From positions 1 through 42,764 of the IMG/VR virus record IMGVR_UViG_3300048855_000035: a stretch of DNA of 42,764 bases. One strand, written 5' to 3'. The DNA is from a virus. Taxonomy: Duplodnaviria > Caudoviricetes. The notes below the pieces were generated by a model. That model searched no databases. It saw nothing but the letters and a program-made list of their open reading frames with translations, and was not told where the DNA came from. Shown one piece after another: positions 1-7,561 of the stretch. Numbering within the stretch: position 1 is the first letter of the stretch; each line of letters begins with the position of its first letter. A program made the translations under genes and the position numbers.

Positions 1-127
1 GTTTCCCGCTCATTAGATGCTCCTCGATTGAGGCGTGATCCGAAGCGATGTAGGCGGGGATGTAGGCGGCGGGGGTTTTATCCCCCGCCAGCCCTACTCC
101 TTACTGGGGTGAGTAACGGGACTCGAA
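1..127. repeat. 127-bp terminal direct repeat (identical to 42638-42764), probable circular-assembly overlap
   Basis: Exact identity of first and last 127 nt; 127 is a common assembler k-mer. Confidence 0.9.
68..89 (-). terminator. Hairpin just 3' of the tRNA-derived att core
   Basis: GGCGGGGG-ttttat-CCCCCGCC stem; would follow the reconstituted tRNA after integration. Confidence 0.55.
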
Positions 128-206
128 ACTGTTACGTACACACCCAGTCAAAACCTGTTTTGCCGCGGAATCACGCGGATTTTTATGTACCCCGAGTCTA
201 CCACGT

Positions 207-222
207 GTCAGGAAATACTGAC
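207..222. promoter_or_regulatory. Operator copy (GTCAGGAAATACTGAC)
   Basis: Matches 16-bp palindrome consensus GTCAGYAATTRCTGAC. Confidence 0.6.
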
Positions 223-259
223 AGGGTGAGAACCCAGTGTTTTGTAGTGGTGTAGGCGT

Positions 260-275
260 GCCTGCAATTACTGAC
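260..275. promoter_or_regulatory. Operator copy (GCCTGCAATTACTGAC)
   Basis: Matches consensus; lies between arm-type repeats at 251 and 276. Confidence 0.6.
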
Positions 276-297
276 TGTAGGCACGGCCTACACGCGC

Positions 298-729
298 CTA
301 CGCGATTTCTTGGCGGTGCCTCCACTGGCCTGCACCCATCCGGGGCGCGACGTAGGTCGCCCGCCCCATGCGTGTCAGACAGTACGTGCGGTAGTCCACG
401 ATCACATACGCTGACACGCGCATCTCCTCGGCGATCCACTCTGCGTCCGGGTTGATGCTCTCAAGCTCCGCATACCAGAGTGGATCCACCAGCAAACCGG
501 CAGCGAACGCATCCGCCTGCCGCTCATTCCTTGGAGAATCACAGTCATGCCCGTAGTGCGCGTGACCAAGCTCGTGTGCGATCACGCTTCTACGTTGAGC
601 GTGATTCAACCTGAGATCAAAATAGATCCGGTTGAGGTGTGGAACGTACCTGCCTATCTTTCCGTTGCTCAGAGCGGAGCCGTGGACCGTGAGTCCATAC
701 GCTGCCGCCCGAGCCATGAGTTCCCTCAT
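298..729 (-). CDS. ImmA/IrrE-family metallopeptidase (anti-repressor protease)
   Basis: IAHELGH HExxH motif and ERQADAFAAGLL; directly downstream of the repressor. Confidence 0.88.
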   Translation of the reverse strand: MRELMARAAAYGLTVHGSALSNGKIGRYVPHLNRIYFDLRLNHAQRRSVIAHELGHAHYGHDCDSPRNERQADAFAAGLLVDPLWYAELESINPDAEWIAEEMRVSAYVIVDYRTYCLTRMGRATYVAPRMGAGQWRHRQEIA

Positions 730-750
730 TGCTTCCCCCTCCCAAGGGCC

Positions 751-1134
751 CTACTCCGGGTTGCGTGGCGTCTCTGCCGCGTTCGGGTACGCATCTCCGG
801 GGTCTTCGCTGATGTCGTAATCTTCCTCGTGGGGTACGACATCATGAATCAGGACGGGTACCAGCTTCCCGTCCGCTAGGCGGCGCGTGTTGCCCACCCA
901 CTCGAATGGGCTGATCCCGAAAGCCTTCGCGAGAACGTCGATGTCGTTCGTCGTCATGGCGCGAGTGTTCTTCACGATCTTCGACCAGTAGTCGTAGCGG
1001 CGCGCCTGCCCCGTGATCTCCTCAAGCCAACGCCCGCTCAGGTCTTCCCTACCGTTGTCCGCAAGCACCTTCTTCAGGTACGCGTTCAGGTCGGCAGAGA
1101 ACCCCTGCGGTTGCATGTGTGACTTAGATCCCAT
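751..1134 (-). CDS. Immunity repressor (XRE-like HTH)
   Basis: Divergent from cro-like gene, co-oriented with ImmA; XRE-like helices (DIDVLAKAFGISP). Confidence 0.7.
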   Translation of the reverse strand: MGSKSHMQPQGFSADLNAYLKKVLADNGREDLSGRWLEEITGQARRYDYWSKIVKNTRAMTTNDIDVLAKAFGISPFEWVGNTRRLADGKLVPVLIHDVVPHEEDYDISEDPGDAYPNAAETPRNPE

Positions 1135-1140
1135 GGCCCC

Positions 1141-1231
1141 AGATTACCGCAATTACTGACCAATCTGCGAGAGACTGTTGACGGTCAGTAATTACTGATG
1201 TACGGTCGAAGACATGACAGGAATTGCTGAC
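1141..1231. promoter_or_regulatory. Lysis/lysogeny switch: divergent leaderless promoters with three operators (1145-1160, 1184-1199, 1216-1231)
   Basis: Rightward TTGACG(1178)-17 bp-TACGGT(1201)-7 nt-ATG; leftward TAATCT(1146-1141)-6 nt-ATG; palindrome TCAGTAATTACTGA fills the rightward spacer. Confidence 0.8.
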
Positions 1232-1555
1232 ACGGACTATCAGAAGTCCATGGCCGATGCGGTCAGAGCCGAACTCGCCGGCTCCGGCTGCTCCACGATC
1301 ACCGAGCTGGCCAGAGTGATCGGCAAGAGCCGTCCGACTGCTTCAAGCAGATGGCACGGACTCACTGGCTACACGGCCGGTGAACTGGAAGATATCGCCA
1401 GCTTCCTCAACATCAGTCCCTATGACCTGAACGACTCTGCACGCACCCGGTTCGAGCGTGGTAGTCGAGAAGGTATCCCTGGGGTGGCGCGGATTACCCC
1501 GCCTCAGGATGCATGGGCTCAACCCTCCCGGTCACGGTCGAGGAGAGCATCATGA
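1214..1555 (+). CDS. Cro-like HTH protein
   Basis: HTH (TITELARVIGKSRPTASSRW...ELEDIASFLNISP); first gene of the divergent early operon. Confidence 0.75.
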   Translation: MTGIADTDYQKSMADAVRAELAGSGCSTITELARVIGKSRPTASSRWHGLTGYTAGELEDIASFLNISPYDLNDSARTRFERGSREGIPGVARITPPQDAWAQPSRSRSRRAS

Positions 1556-1767
1556 CCCAGTTCGCTTCCACCCTGCACCCGCAAACCAACCCGAGCAACC
1601 CGATCCTGCTCAAGTTCCGCGAGCATGCGGCCAATCGAGACACCGCGAGAGTCGCATCCAATTTCCTTTCTTTGGGGCCGATCCTCCTCGCTTTCCAGTT
1701 CTCTTCGACCGCACAGGATGCACATGCGCGTCGTGTCCTGACTCGTTTGGCGTCTTTCTCCGGCTGA
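1552..1767 (+). CDS. Hypothetical protein
   Basis: ATGA overlap with cro, GGAG RBS. Confidence 0.55.
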   Translation: MTQFASTLHPQTNPSNPILLKFREHAANRDTARVASNFLSLGPILLAFQFSSTAQDAHARRVLTRLASFSG

Positions 1768-2231
1768 TCCCCGTCACAGGATCCGGCTCTACCCCTGTCG
1801 CTGGGGGTAGGACTACTCGTCGCGCCTCGGTGCGGCTGCAACATCACAACTGAAACCCGGGCTATCCCCACAAGGCAGAACATGATCCGGGCCAACTGAA
1901 CATCACTGACTGGTGAAGATATGCAGGCCCCACGCCAATGGGGTCTGACACCCCCAGATGGGGGCTACAGGTTGGGGAGAACCCGCGCAAGTGGGGGACC
2001 GGTGACTTGTGGTGCACGAGGACGAATGGACCGTATGGCAGGCAGCCGTGGCCCCTCAGGAACGCAACCAGGTGGGTGTGGAGTTTTCGACAGTTCGCCG
2101 CCGTGCATGTGGGCGGAACCGACCGCGATGGGTTAAGCGGATGGCACGGGTTTGGTCGCCGTGAACCAGTCCACAGGGTTAGTGGGGTCGCGACGTAGCA
2201 GACACCGGGGGAGCGAGTCCCCGGCGCGCAC
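1768..2231 (+). ncRNA. Putative long structured RNA / early leader
   Basis: About 460 nt with no credible gene; at least 9 stems, a GCAA tetraloop and long-range pairing 1868-74/2006-12. Confidence 0.45.
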
Positions 2232-2612
2232 ATGAACACACCAGAGAACATCACACACCTCAAACCGGGCGAAGTGTTCGTCTTCGGGTCGAACGCTGAG
2301 GGCTTACACGGGGGCGGTGCAGCACGTGTCGCCCACGAACGCTTCGGAGCTATCTGGGGCGTCGGGGAGGGCCACACCGGGCAGTCGTACGCGCTCCCCA
2401 CCACGAGTGGCCTCGCAGATCTCCACGCCGCGGTCGGACGCTTCCTCGCCTATGCGTCAGCGCACAGCAGCATCACCTTCTACGTCACTCGCATCGGTTG
2501 CGGCATTGCCGGTCACACACCCGAACAGGTCGCGCCAGCATTTACCCGCCGTCCACCCAACGTCATCGTCCCGGCCGACTTCCAGGCCATCATCGAAAGG
2601 AACCAGAAGTGA
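2232..2612 (+). CDS. A1S_2505-like phage protein (macrodomain-like fold)
   Basis: VFVFGSNxxGxHGGGAA and FYVTRIGCGIAG motifs. Confidence 0.75.
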   Translation: MNTPENITHLKPGEVFVFGSNAEGLHGGGAARVAHERFGAIWGVGEGHTGQSYALPTTSGLADLHAAVGRFLAYASAHSSITFYVTRIGCGIAGHTPEQVAPAFTRRPPNVIVPADFQAIIERNQK

Positions 2613-3505
2613 CCGAGATCATCCACGCCATTAAAGGGTTCGAACCTGACCTGACTTGCAGGGGCTTCCAGTACAAGGAGGGCGAGACGTACGAGCAGGA
2701 CGAACCTGCTGTCCTCTGTGGTACTGGTTTCCATGCTGTGATTCAGCCGATCCACGTATTGCAGTACTACCCAGCAACGACGTCTGTGTTTCACCGTGTT
2801 GAGTTGGAGGACGTAGCGCCGGGTAGCGAGGTCCATGAAGATTCGAAGGTCGCGGGCCGCAAGATCAAGATCGGCGCAAAGTTGGACCTTACAGGCCTGA
2901 TCAAAGCGCAGGTCGATTTCGTTTTCGCGAACTCGAAGAAGGTTGCTGGGGCTACTTCGAAGAAGAAGAACGCGCAGGTCGGAACTGATGTTGCGAACGG
3001 TGCTGCGACTGCCAGTGGGTACTCCGGTGCTGCGACTGCCAGTGGGGACTCCGGTGCTGCGACTGCCAGCGGGCGCTCCGGTGCTGCGACTGCCAGTGGG
3101 CGCTCCGGTGCTGCGACTGCCAGTGGGTACTCCGGTGCTGCGACTGCCAGTGGGTACTCCGGTGCTGCGACTGCCAGTGGGGACTCCGGTGCTGCGACTG
3201 CCAGTGGGTACTCCGGTGCTGCGACTGCCAGTGGGTACTCCGGTGCTGCGACTGCCAGTGGGTACTCCGGTGCTGCGACTGCCAGTGGGTACTCCGGTGC
3301 TGCGACTGCCAGTGGGGACTCATCGGTCGCCCTCGCGAGCGGACACAGCGGCAAGGCGCGCGGGAAAGTCGGAACCGCCCTGTTCCTGACCGAGCGTGAT
3401 GACGAGTGGACGATTGTTGCGGTTGATGCCGTGATCGTCGATGGCGTCAACGTCAAGGCAGATGTGTATTACACGCTTCGTGGCGGCAAAGTCGTCGAGG
3501 CGTGA
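2609..3505 (+). CDS. DUF7666-type protein with 9-aa GAATASGxS repeats
   Basis: KGFxxDLTCRGFQY..G...LCxxGFH N-terminus; GTGA overlap start; C-terminal VKADVYYTL. Confidence 0.75.
   Translation: MTEIIHAIKGFEPDLTCRGFQYKEGETYEQDEPAVLCGTGFHAVIQPIHVLQYYPATTSVFHRVELEDVAPGSEVHEDSKVAGRKIKIGAKLDLTGLIKAQVDFVFANSKKVAGATSKKKNAQVGTDVANGAATASGYSGAATASGDSGAATASGRSGAATASGRSGAATASGYSGAATASGYSGAATASGDSGAATASGYSGAATASGYSGAATASGYSGAATASGYSGAATASGDSSVALASGHSGKARGKVGTALFLTERDDEWTIVAVDAVIVDGVNVKADVYYTLRGGKVVEA
2999..3322 (+). repeat. 12 x 27-bp tandem repeat (GGTGCTGCGACTGCCAGTGGGnnCTCC)
   Basis: Direct reading; the variable codon gives Y,D,R,R,Y,Y,D,Y,Y,Y,Y,D. Confidence 0.95.
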
Positions 3506-3609
3506 TCCCCAGCCCGTGCGTGCGCTCACGGATCGGCGTACGGGCACTCGGTTTGGTGGTTCTGAGTTGGTGCGGGGTTTGGACGCCTCGTTGTACTCCT
3601 ACCGAACCT

Positions 3610-3650
3610 TGGGGGCTGGCGATTGGTCTCGCCGGCCCCCACTTCTCTTT
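3610..3650 (+). terminator. Intrinsic terminator-like hairpin
   Basis: 13-bp stem 3610-22/3629-41 followed by CTTCTCTTT. Confidence 0.6.
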
Positions 3651-3680
3651 CACAGGACAACAAGACAAGGGAGCACGGAC

Positions 3681-4037
3681 ATGTATGACCGACCGCAAGC
3701 ACTGCCCGTGTTCGTGGGCGTCATCACCTACGTGACGGGCGAACGGGGCGTGATCAAGCACATCACCCACTCGCGGCACGGTGAGCCAGACGGCGCAATC
3801 GTTCGTCTCGATGACCGTCCGGTGTTCGCGTACGTGGAACTCGGGCTGAGAGCACTGACCTGCACGTGTGGCGCCGAGGCTCTACGCCGTGAGCATCATC
3901 ATCAGCACTGCGATCTGATGTCGAATCTGTCGACCTACCACCGCGAGGTGCGGGGTTGGCGCGAGATCGACCGCGACGAGTTCGACCGCCTCACCGGCAT
4001 CGCTTCTCTGCGATCCGAGTTCGGATGGGACCTCTGA
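3681..4037 (+). CDS. Hypothetical protein
   Basis: AGGGAG RBS; coupled to the next gene. Confidence 0.65.
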   Translation: MYDRPQALPVFVGVITYVTGERGVIKHITHSRHGEPDGAIVRLDDRPVFAYVELGLRALTCTCGAEALRREHHHQHCDLMSNLSTYHREVRGWREIDRDEFDRLTGIASLRSEFGWDL

Positions 4038-4159
4038 TGTGCGCCGACATTTGGCGTCGTATCTACCGTCGGCGCATGGATCGTCGTCTTCGTGATGCCG
4101 GTCACCTAGTTGGAACACTCGCCTTCGAACGTGCAATGCAACACAAGGAGTGGACATGA
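4037..4159 (+). CDS. Small hypothetical protein
   Basis: TGATG coupling; chain of overlapping small genes. Confidence 0.5.
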   Translation: MCADIWRRIYRRRMDRRLRDAGHLVGTLAFERAMQHKEWT

Positions 4160-4308
4160 GTAAGACGCATTCGGTCAGTGGGGCGCGGCGTATCGAACGG
4201 GTAGCAGCAGCAATGTTCGGTTCGCAGTGGCCGCCATCGCACCCGGAAGACCTCGCATGGTGGTTGACGCGTGCAGAAGCAGCCATCAACGCAATGAAGG
4301 AGTCGTGA
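4156..4308 (+). CDS. Small hypothetical protein (50 aa, not in ORF track)
   Basis: AAGGAG RBS, ATGA overlap, MSKTHSV...AMKES. Confidence 0.55.
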   Translation: MSKTHSVSGARRIERVAAAMFGSQWPPSHPEDLAWWLTRAEAAINAMKES

Positions 4309-4433
4309 TGGGCGCCGAGTACCCAGCGGTCTGCGGTATCTGCGGACACGCGCTCGCTGACGACCATGAGACCCGCTTTCACATGCCGCTTTGCTTCCTG
4401 TTCAACAAGCCGCTCAAGACGAAGGAGTCGTGA
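4308..4433 (+). CDS. Small Cys/His-containing hypothetical protein
   Basis: AAGGAG RBS; CGICGH motif. Confidence 0.55.
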   Translation: MGAEYPAVCGICGHALADDHETRFHMPLCFLFNKPLKTKES

Positions 4434-4573
4434 TGGATGACAAGATTTTTCAGTCGCTCGCTGCCGGATACCCCATGCACAAAGTCTGGATGGTCAGCCT
4501 CAGCGACATGTGGGACGAGGTGGGCAAAGCACTCGGTGGTCGCGTCCGATTCCTGGAAGACGAACCATCATGA
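4433..4573 (+). CDS. Small hypothetical protein
   Basis: AAGGAG RBS, TGATG coupling. Confidence 0.55.
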   Translation: MDDKIFQSLAAGYPMHKVWMVSLSDMWDEVGKALGGRVRFLEDEPS

Positions 4574-4740
4574 TCGCACTCAGGTATGCGGCACTCTTAG
4601 CCGGCCTGGTCACACTCGGGGCCATCTGGAGCACCCCGAACACGAACCCCGCAACCATCTGGCTTGTGGGGTTCTTCGCTATCTGCTTCGGCATCGTGTG
4701 CTTCACATGCCGTCAAACCAACACAAGGAGACGACCATGA
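4570..4740 (+). CDS. Small membrane protein
   Basis: Two hydrophobic segments; ATGA overlaps at both ends. Confidence 0.6.
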   Translation: MIALRYAALLAGLVTLGAIWSTPNTNPATIWLVGFFAICFGIVCFTCRQTNTRRRP

Positions 4741-5045
4741 ACTATTACGAGGAAAGTCTGAAAACAGCATTCATATCGAGCGCTGGGGTTGGTGTCCGTG
4801 ACCGCGGAGACGGGGCCATCGAGATCACTACCGCCTTCGGGTGGGCACTCGCGCTGCCTGCCGATGCCGCGAACCCGGTTAGAGAGTTTCTGAAAAACGA
4901 ACCTAATCAGAAAGCCTCCACCCCAACTGTCATAGTTTCGGCGCGCAGTGCAGGAAAGACTCAAGCTCTGGTGGATCAAATCCTTGCACAGGCCAACGAG
5001 CGAGGCATACGTGTTGAGGTTGTTTATCCGCAAGAGGAGACGTGA
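4737..5045 (+). CDS. Hypothetical protein
   Basis: AAGGAG RBS, ATGA overlap. Confidence 0.6.
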   Translation: MNYYEESLKTAFISSAGVGVRDRGDGAIEITTAFGWALALPADAANPVREFLKNEPNQKASTPTVIVSARSAGKTQALVDQILAQANERGIRVEVVYPQEET

Positions 5046-5215
5046 TGACGCTTGATGAGGCGGAAACACGGCTATCCCAAGAACGCGCATACCTCATCCG
5101 CGCCGAACACTCAGGTATCGGATCAGTAATCGCACTCGCACAATCCCACGTCCGCTACTGGGAATCCATCGTACGCACATTACGGCTTGAGGAAAACGGA
5201 GGTTGGTGGCCATGA
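5045..5215 (+). CDS. Small hypothetical protein (not in ORF track)
   Basis: GAGGAG RBS; MTLDEAETRL...GGWWP; coupled on both sides. Confidence 0.55.
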   Translation: MTLDEAETRLSQERAYLIRAEHSGIGSVIALAQSHVRYWESIVRTLRLEENGGWWP

Positions 5216-5382
5216 GTTCACGCATATCAGTCAGACACTCCGAATCCGGGTGCTGGAAAGTCATGCGCGGCGAATACGTACTCGCAATCTTCCCCAAACA
5301 CTACTGGAAAGACGCACTCCGAGAAGCACACGTCGAAGCCCGATACAACAATTTGGGCATCGAAGGATTGGAATTCGTATGA
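5212..5382 (+). CDS. Small hypothetical protein (not in ORF track)
   Basis: GGAGG RBS; MSSRISVRH...GLEFV; ATGA overlaps. Confidence 0.55.
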   Translation: MSSRISVRHSESGCWKVMRGEYVLAIFPKHYWKDALREAHVEARYNNLGIEGLEFV

Positions 5383-5957
5383 GCGGTGACGAATGCAAGG
5401 TCGATGGCTGCGATCGGAACGTTCGGACACTCGGATGGTGTGCCGCGCACTACAACCAGTGGTACACGACCGGTGTAGAACCGTCGAGACCATTCACGGA
5501 CAAAGCCCGATTCGAACAGTACGTGCGACGGCGCGGAACCGATGAGTGCTGGCCCTGGATTGCGGGGCGCTCGAGCACGGGGTACGGGAAGTTCAGCGTG
5601 AACGGGCACTCGGTGCCTGCCCACCGCGTCTCCTACACGTTGTACAAGGGGCCAATCCCCGACGGTCTACTCATCCGGCACACGTGCGATAACAAGCCAT
5701 GCGTGAACCCAAACCACCTGCTTACGGGCACGGCAAAGGACAACTCAAGGGACGCGGTAGAACGCGACCTGTATCCACGTGGGGAGTCACAGGGCCGAGC
5801 AAAACTGACGCTTCGTCAGGTGGAGGAGATCCGCGCAATCCTGCGCGGCCCCCACGAGTCCAACCGGGCAATCGGCGCCAGGTTCGGCGTCTCCAAAGCA
5901 ACAGTCCAGCGGATCTCTGCCGGACGCACATGGATTGGCCTAGGCGAGAACGCATGA
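5379..5957 (+). CDS. HNH homing endonuclease with C-terminal HTH
   Basis: ECWPW..GYG..AHRVSY..HTCDNKPCVNPNHL; C-terminal IGARFGVSKATVQRI. Confidence 0.9.
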   Translation: MSGDECKVDGCDRNVRTLGWCAAHYNQWYTTGVEPSRPFTDKARFEQYVRRRGTDECWPWIAGRSSTGYGKFSVNGHSVPAHRVSYTLYKGPIPDGLLIRHTCDNKPCVNPNHLLTGTAKDNSRDAVERDLYPRGESQGRAKLTLRQVEEIRAILRGPHESNRAIGARFGVSKATVQRISAGRTWIGLGENA

Positions 5958-6769
5958 TCATCAACGACATGAGCGACATTGACTACCACAATCACCCGGC
6001 GCTCTCCTCAACCGGAGCGCGCACCCTCCTCCCCGAGTTCAAGGGTTCGCCGGCCAAGTACCAGTACAAGCTAGGGCGTCGATTCGACAGTCCCGCGTTT
6101 GACCTGGGGAAAGCCGTGCACGCTCGAGTCCTCGGAGTTGGTTCTCAGGCGGTCGCATACCCGAACGACGTGCTGGCATCGAACGGGGCGGCGTCGACCA
6201 AAGCCGCCAAGGAGTGGGCAGAGTCGATTCGGGTCGAGGGTGGTATCCCCATGAAGGCGGACGACCTCAGACCCATCGAACGCATGACGGAAGCCGTACT
6301 CGCCCACCCGACCGCACGGACGCTCCTGGAAGCCGCAACCGGTCGCGAGGTGTCCGTGTTCGCAGATGTCGAGGGCGTCCCCACGCGGTGCCGTTTCGAC
6401 GCACTCGGAGGCGGATACGGCATCGACCTCAAGACATCAGCACGACCGGTCGACGCCGACACGTTCTCCCGCGAGGTCTTCGAATATGGGTACCACTTTC
6501 AGCAGGAGTTTTACCGGGACACGTATCGGGCTTCAGAAGACGAGTTCATTGCCTTCGCGTTCATTGCGGTGGAGAAGACAGGCCCGCACCTGGTCGCGGT
6601 TCATCAGCTCGATTACGAGTACGAGCAGATCGGCAAACGACTCGCAAAGGACGCACGACGCATCTACGCCGAGTGTTCAGCCTCCGGAATCTGGCCCGGG
6701 CACCCCGAAGACATACAACTAGTCAGCCCGCCTCCGTGGGCTATCGAAGACATGGAGTTGCAGCTGTGA
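5954..6769 (+). CDS. RecE-like (exonuclease VIII / DUF3799) PD-(D/E)xK exonuclease
   Basis: YHNHPALSSTG, FDLGKAVH, RCRFD..IDLKT, YGYHFQQEFY, FIAVEK. Confidence 0.88.
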   Translation: MIINDMSDIDYHNHPALSSTGARTLLPEFKGSPAKYQYKLGRRFDSPAFDLGKAVHARVLGVGSQAVAYPNDVLASNGAASTKAAKEWAESIRVEGGIPMKADDLRPIERMTEAVLAHPTARTLLEAATGREVSVFADVEGVPTRCRFDALGGGYGIDLKTSARPVDADTFSREVFEYGYHFQQEFYRDTYRASEDEFIAFAFIAVEKTGPHLVAVHQLDYEYEQIGKRLAKDARRIYAECSASGIWPGHPEDIQLVSPPPWAIEDMELQL

Positions 6770-7311
6770 AGATCACCGCAGAACCACGCTCAGACCAGTG
6801 GAATGCAGACGATTTCGCTGGCGGACCGCGCACGTTCACCATCGCCAACGTCGTCACAGGAAAGGCTGAGCAGAAGTACGACATCGAGCTCGTCGAAGGC
6901 GAAGGTCGCGTCTGGCGGCCACCACTGACCATGCTCCGGGTGCTCGTCGCGCTTTGGTCCGACGATGCAGCGACATGGGTTGGGCATCGAGTCACGCTTT
7001 TCAACGACCCGACGATCCGATTTGGTCCGAGTGTCGTTGGCGGGATACGCATCTCGCACGCCAGTCACATCGACAAGGCGCAGACGATCCCGGTCACCGC
7101 GACTCGAGGTAAGCGCGTGCCATACAAGGTTGAGCCGCTTCCTGATACCCCGCCTGTTGACCCGGCGACGATCACCAAAGCACTCACCGCGATCACGAAT
7201 GCTACCGACACGGCCACACTCGACGGCATCGAAAAACACGCACACACACTCGGCATCCACAAACATGTCTCCGAAGCCATATCTGAGCGTCGGGCACAAT
7301 TCGCCGACTGA
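6766..7311 (+). CDS. Conserved phage protein, candidate recombination partner of RecE
   Basis: PRSDQWNADD and GGIRISH motifs; occupies the usual RecT/SSAP slot. Confidence 0.55.
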   Translation: MKITAEPRSDQWNADDFAGGPRTFTIANVVTGKAEQKYDIELVEGEGRVWRPPLTMLRVLVALWSDDAATWVGHRVTLFNDPTIRFGPSVVGGIRISHASHIDKAQTIPVTATRGKRVPYKVEPLPDTPPVDPATITKALTAITNATDTATLDGIEKHAHTLGIHKHVSEAISERRAQFAD

Positions 7312-7381
7312 CACACCATCAACCACTTGAGGGCGCGCAACCATCACGGATGCGCGCCCTCACTGCACCCCAGGAGAACCC

Positions 7382-7561
7382 TTGAGCGGCAGATTCAAAC
7401 CCGATGACGACGACCTGCGCGGGATGCTCGCCTGGCAAACCGCAGTCATGACCGAACTGCAAAGGCGCGTTCTCGACGCACAGGCCTATGTCCGCGGCCA
7501 CCGCAACGACCCCGAACTCATGGCAATCCTCAACGGTAAGGATCGAACCGATGACACGTAA
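7382..7561 (+). CDS. Small hypothetical protein (not in ORF track)
   Basis: AGGAG RBS, TTG start, MSGRFKPDDDDL... Confidence 0.5.
   Translation: MSGRFKPDDDDLRGMLAWQTAVMTELQRRVLDAQAYVRGHRNDPELMAILNGKDRTDDT

Larger units (their letters stand above)
49..302. mobile_element. attP region: core 105-127 flanked by TGTAGGC arm-type repeats
   Basis: Minus strand 127-105 reads TTCGAGTCCCGTTACTCACCCCA (tRNA T-arm plus acceptor 3' strand and CCA, resembling actinobacterial tRNA-His). TGTAGGC at 49, 61, 251, 276 and inverted at 286 (variant at 296). Tyrosine integrase nearby on the circle. Confidence 0.8.

Noticed and set aside
1-127. Biological direct terminal repeat or attL/attR pair
   Set aside because: Exactly 127 nt and it cuts through a gene start; typical assembler overlap. 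The packaging ends are more plausibly near 16.4 kb
105-127. tRNA-His gene
   Set aside because: Only the T-arm half and acceptor 3' strand are present; it is the att core
1862-2404. ORFs 1921-2136, 1938-2198 and 1862-2404 as genes
   Set aside because: No RBS or coupling, atypical composition, and they overlap a stem-rich region
2999-3322. CRISPR array or DGR template/variable repeat
   Set aside because: No unique spacers, in-frame coding repeat, and no cas or reverse transcriptase gene in the genome
2791-3456. Repetitive ORFs in other frames (2791-3456, 2943-3389, 2952-3323)
   Set aside because: Shadows of the stop-free 27-bp repeat
4940-4965. ARSAGKT P-loop-like motif in 4737-5045
   Set aside because: The protein is too short for an NTPase fold and lacks Walker B; at most a relic
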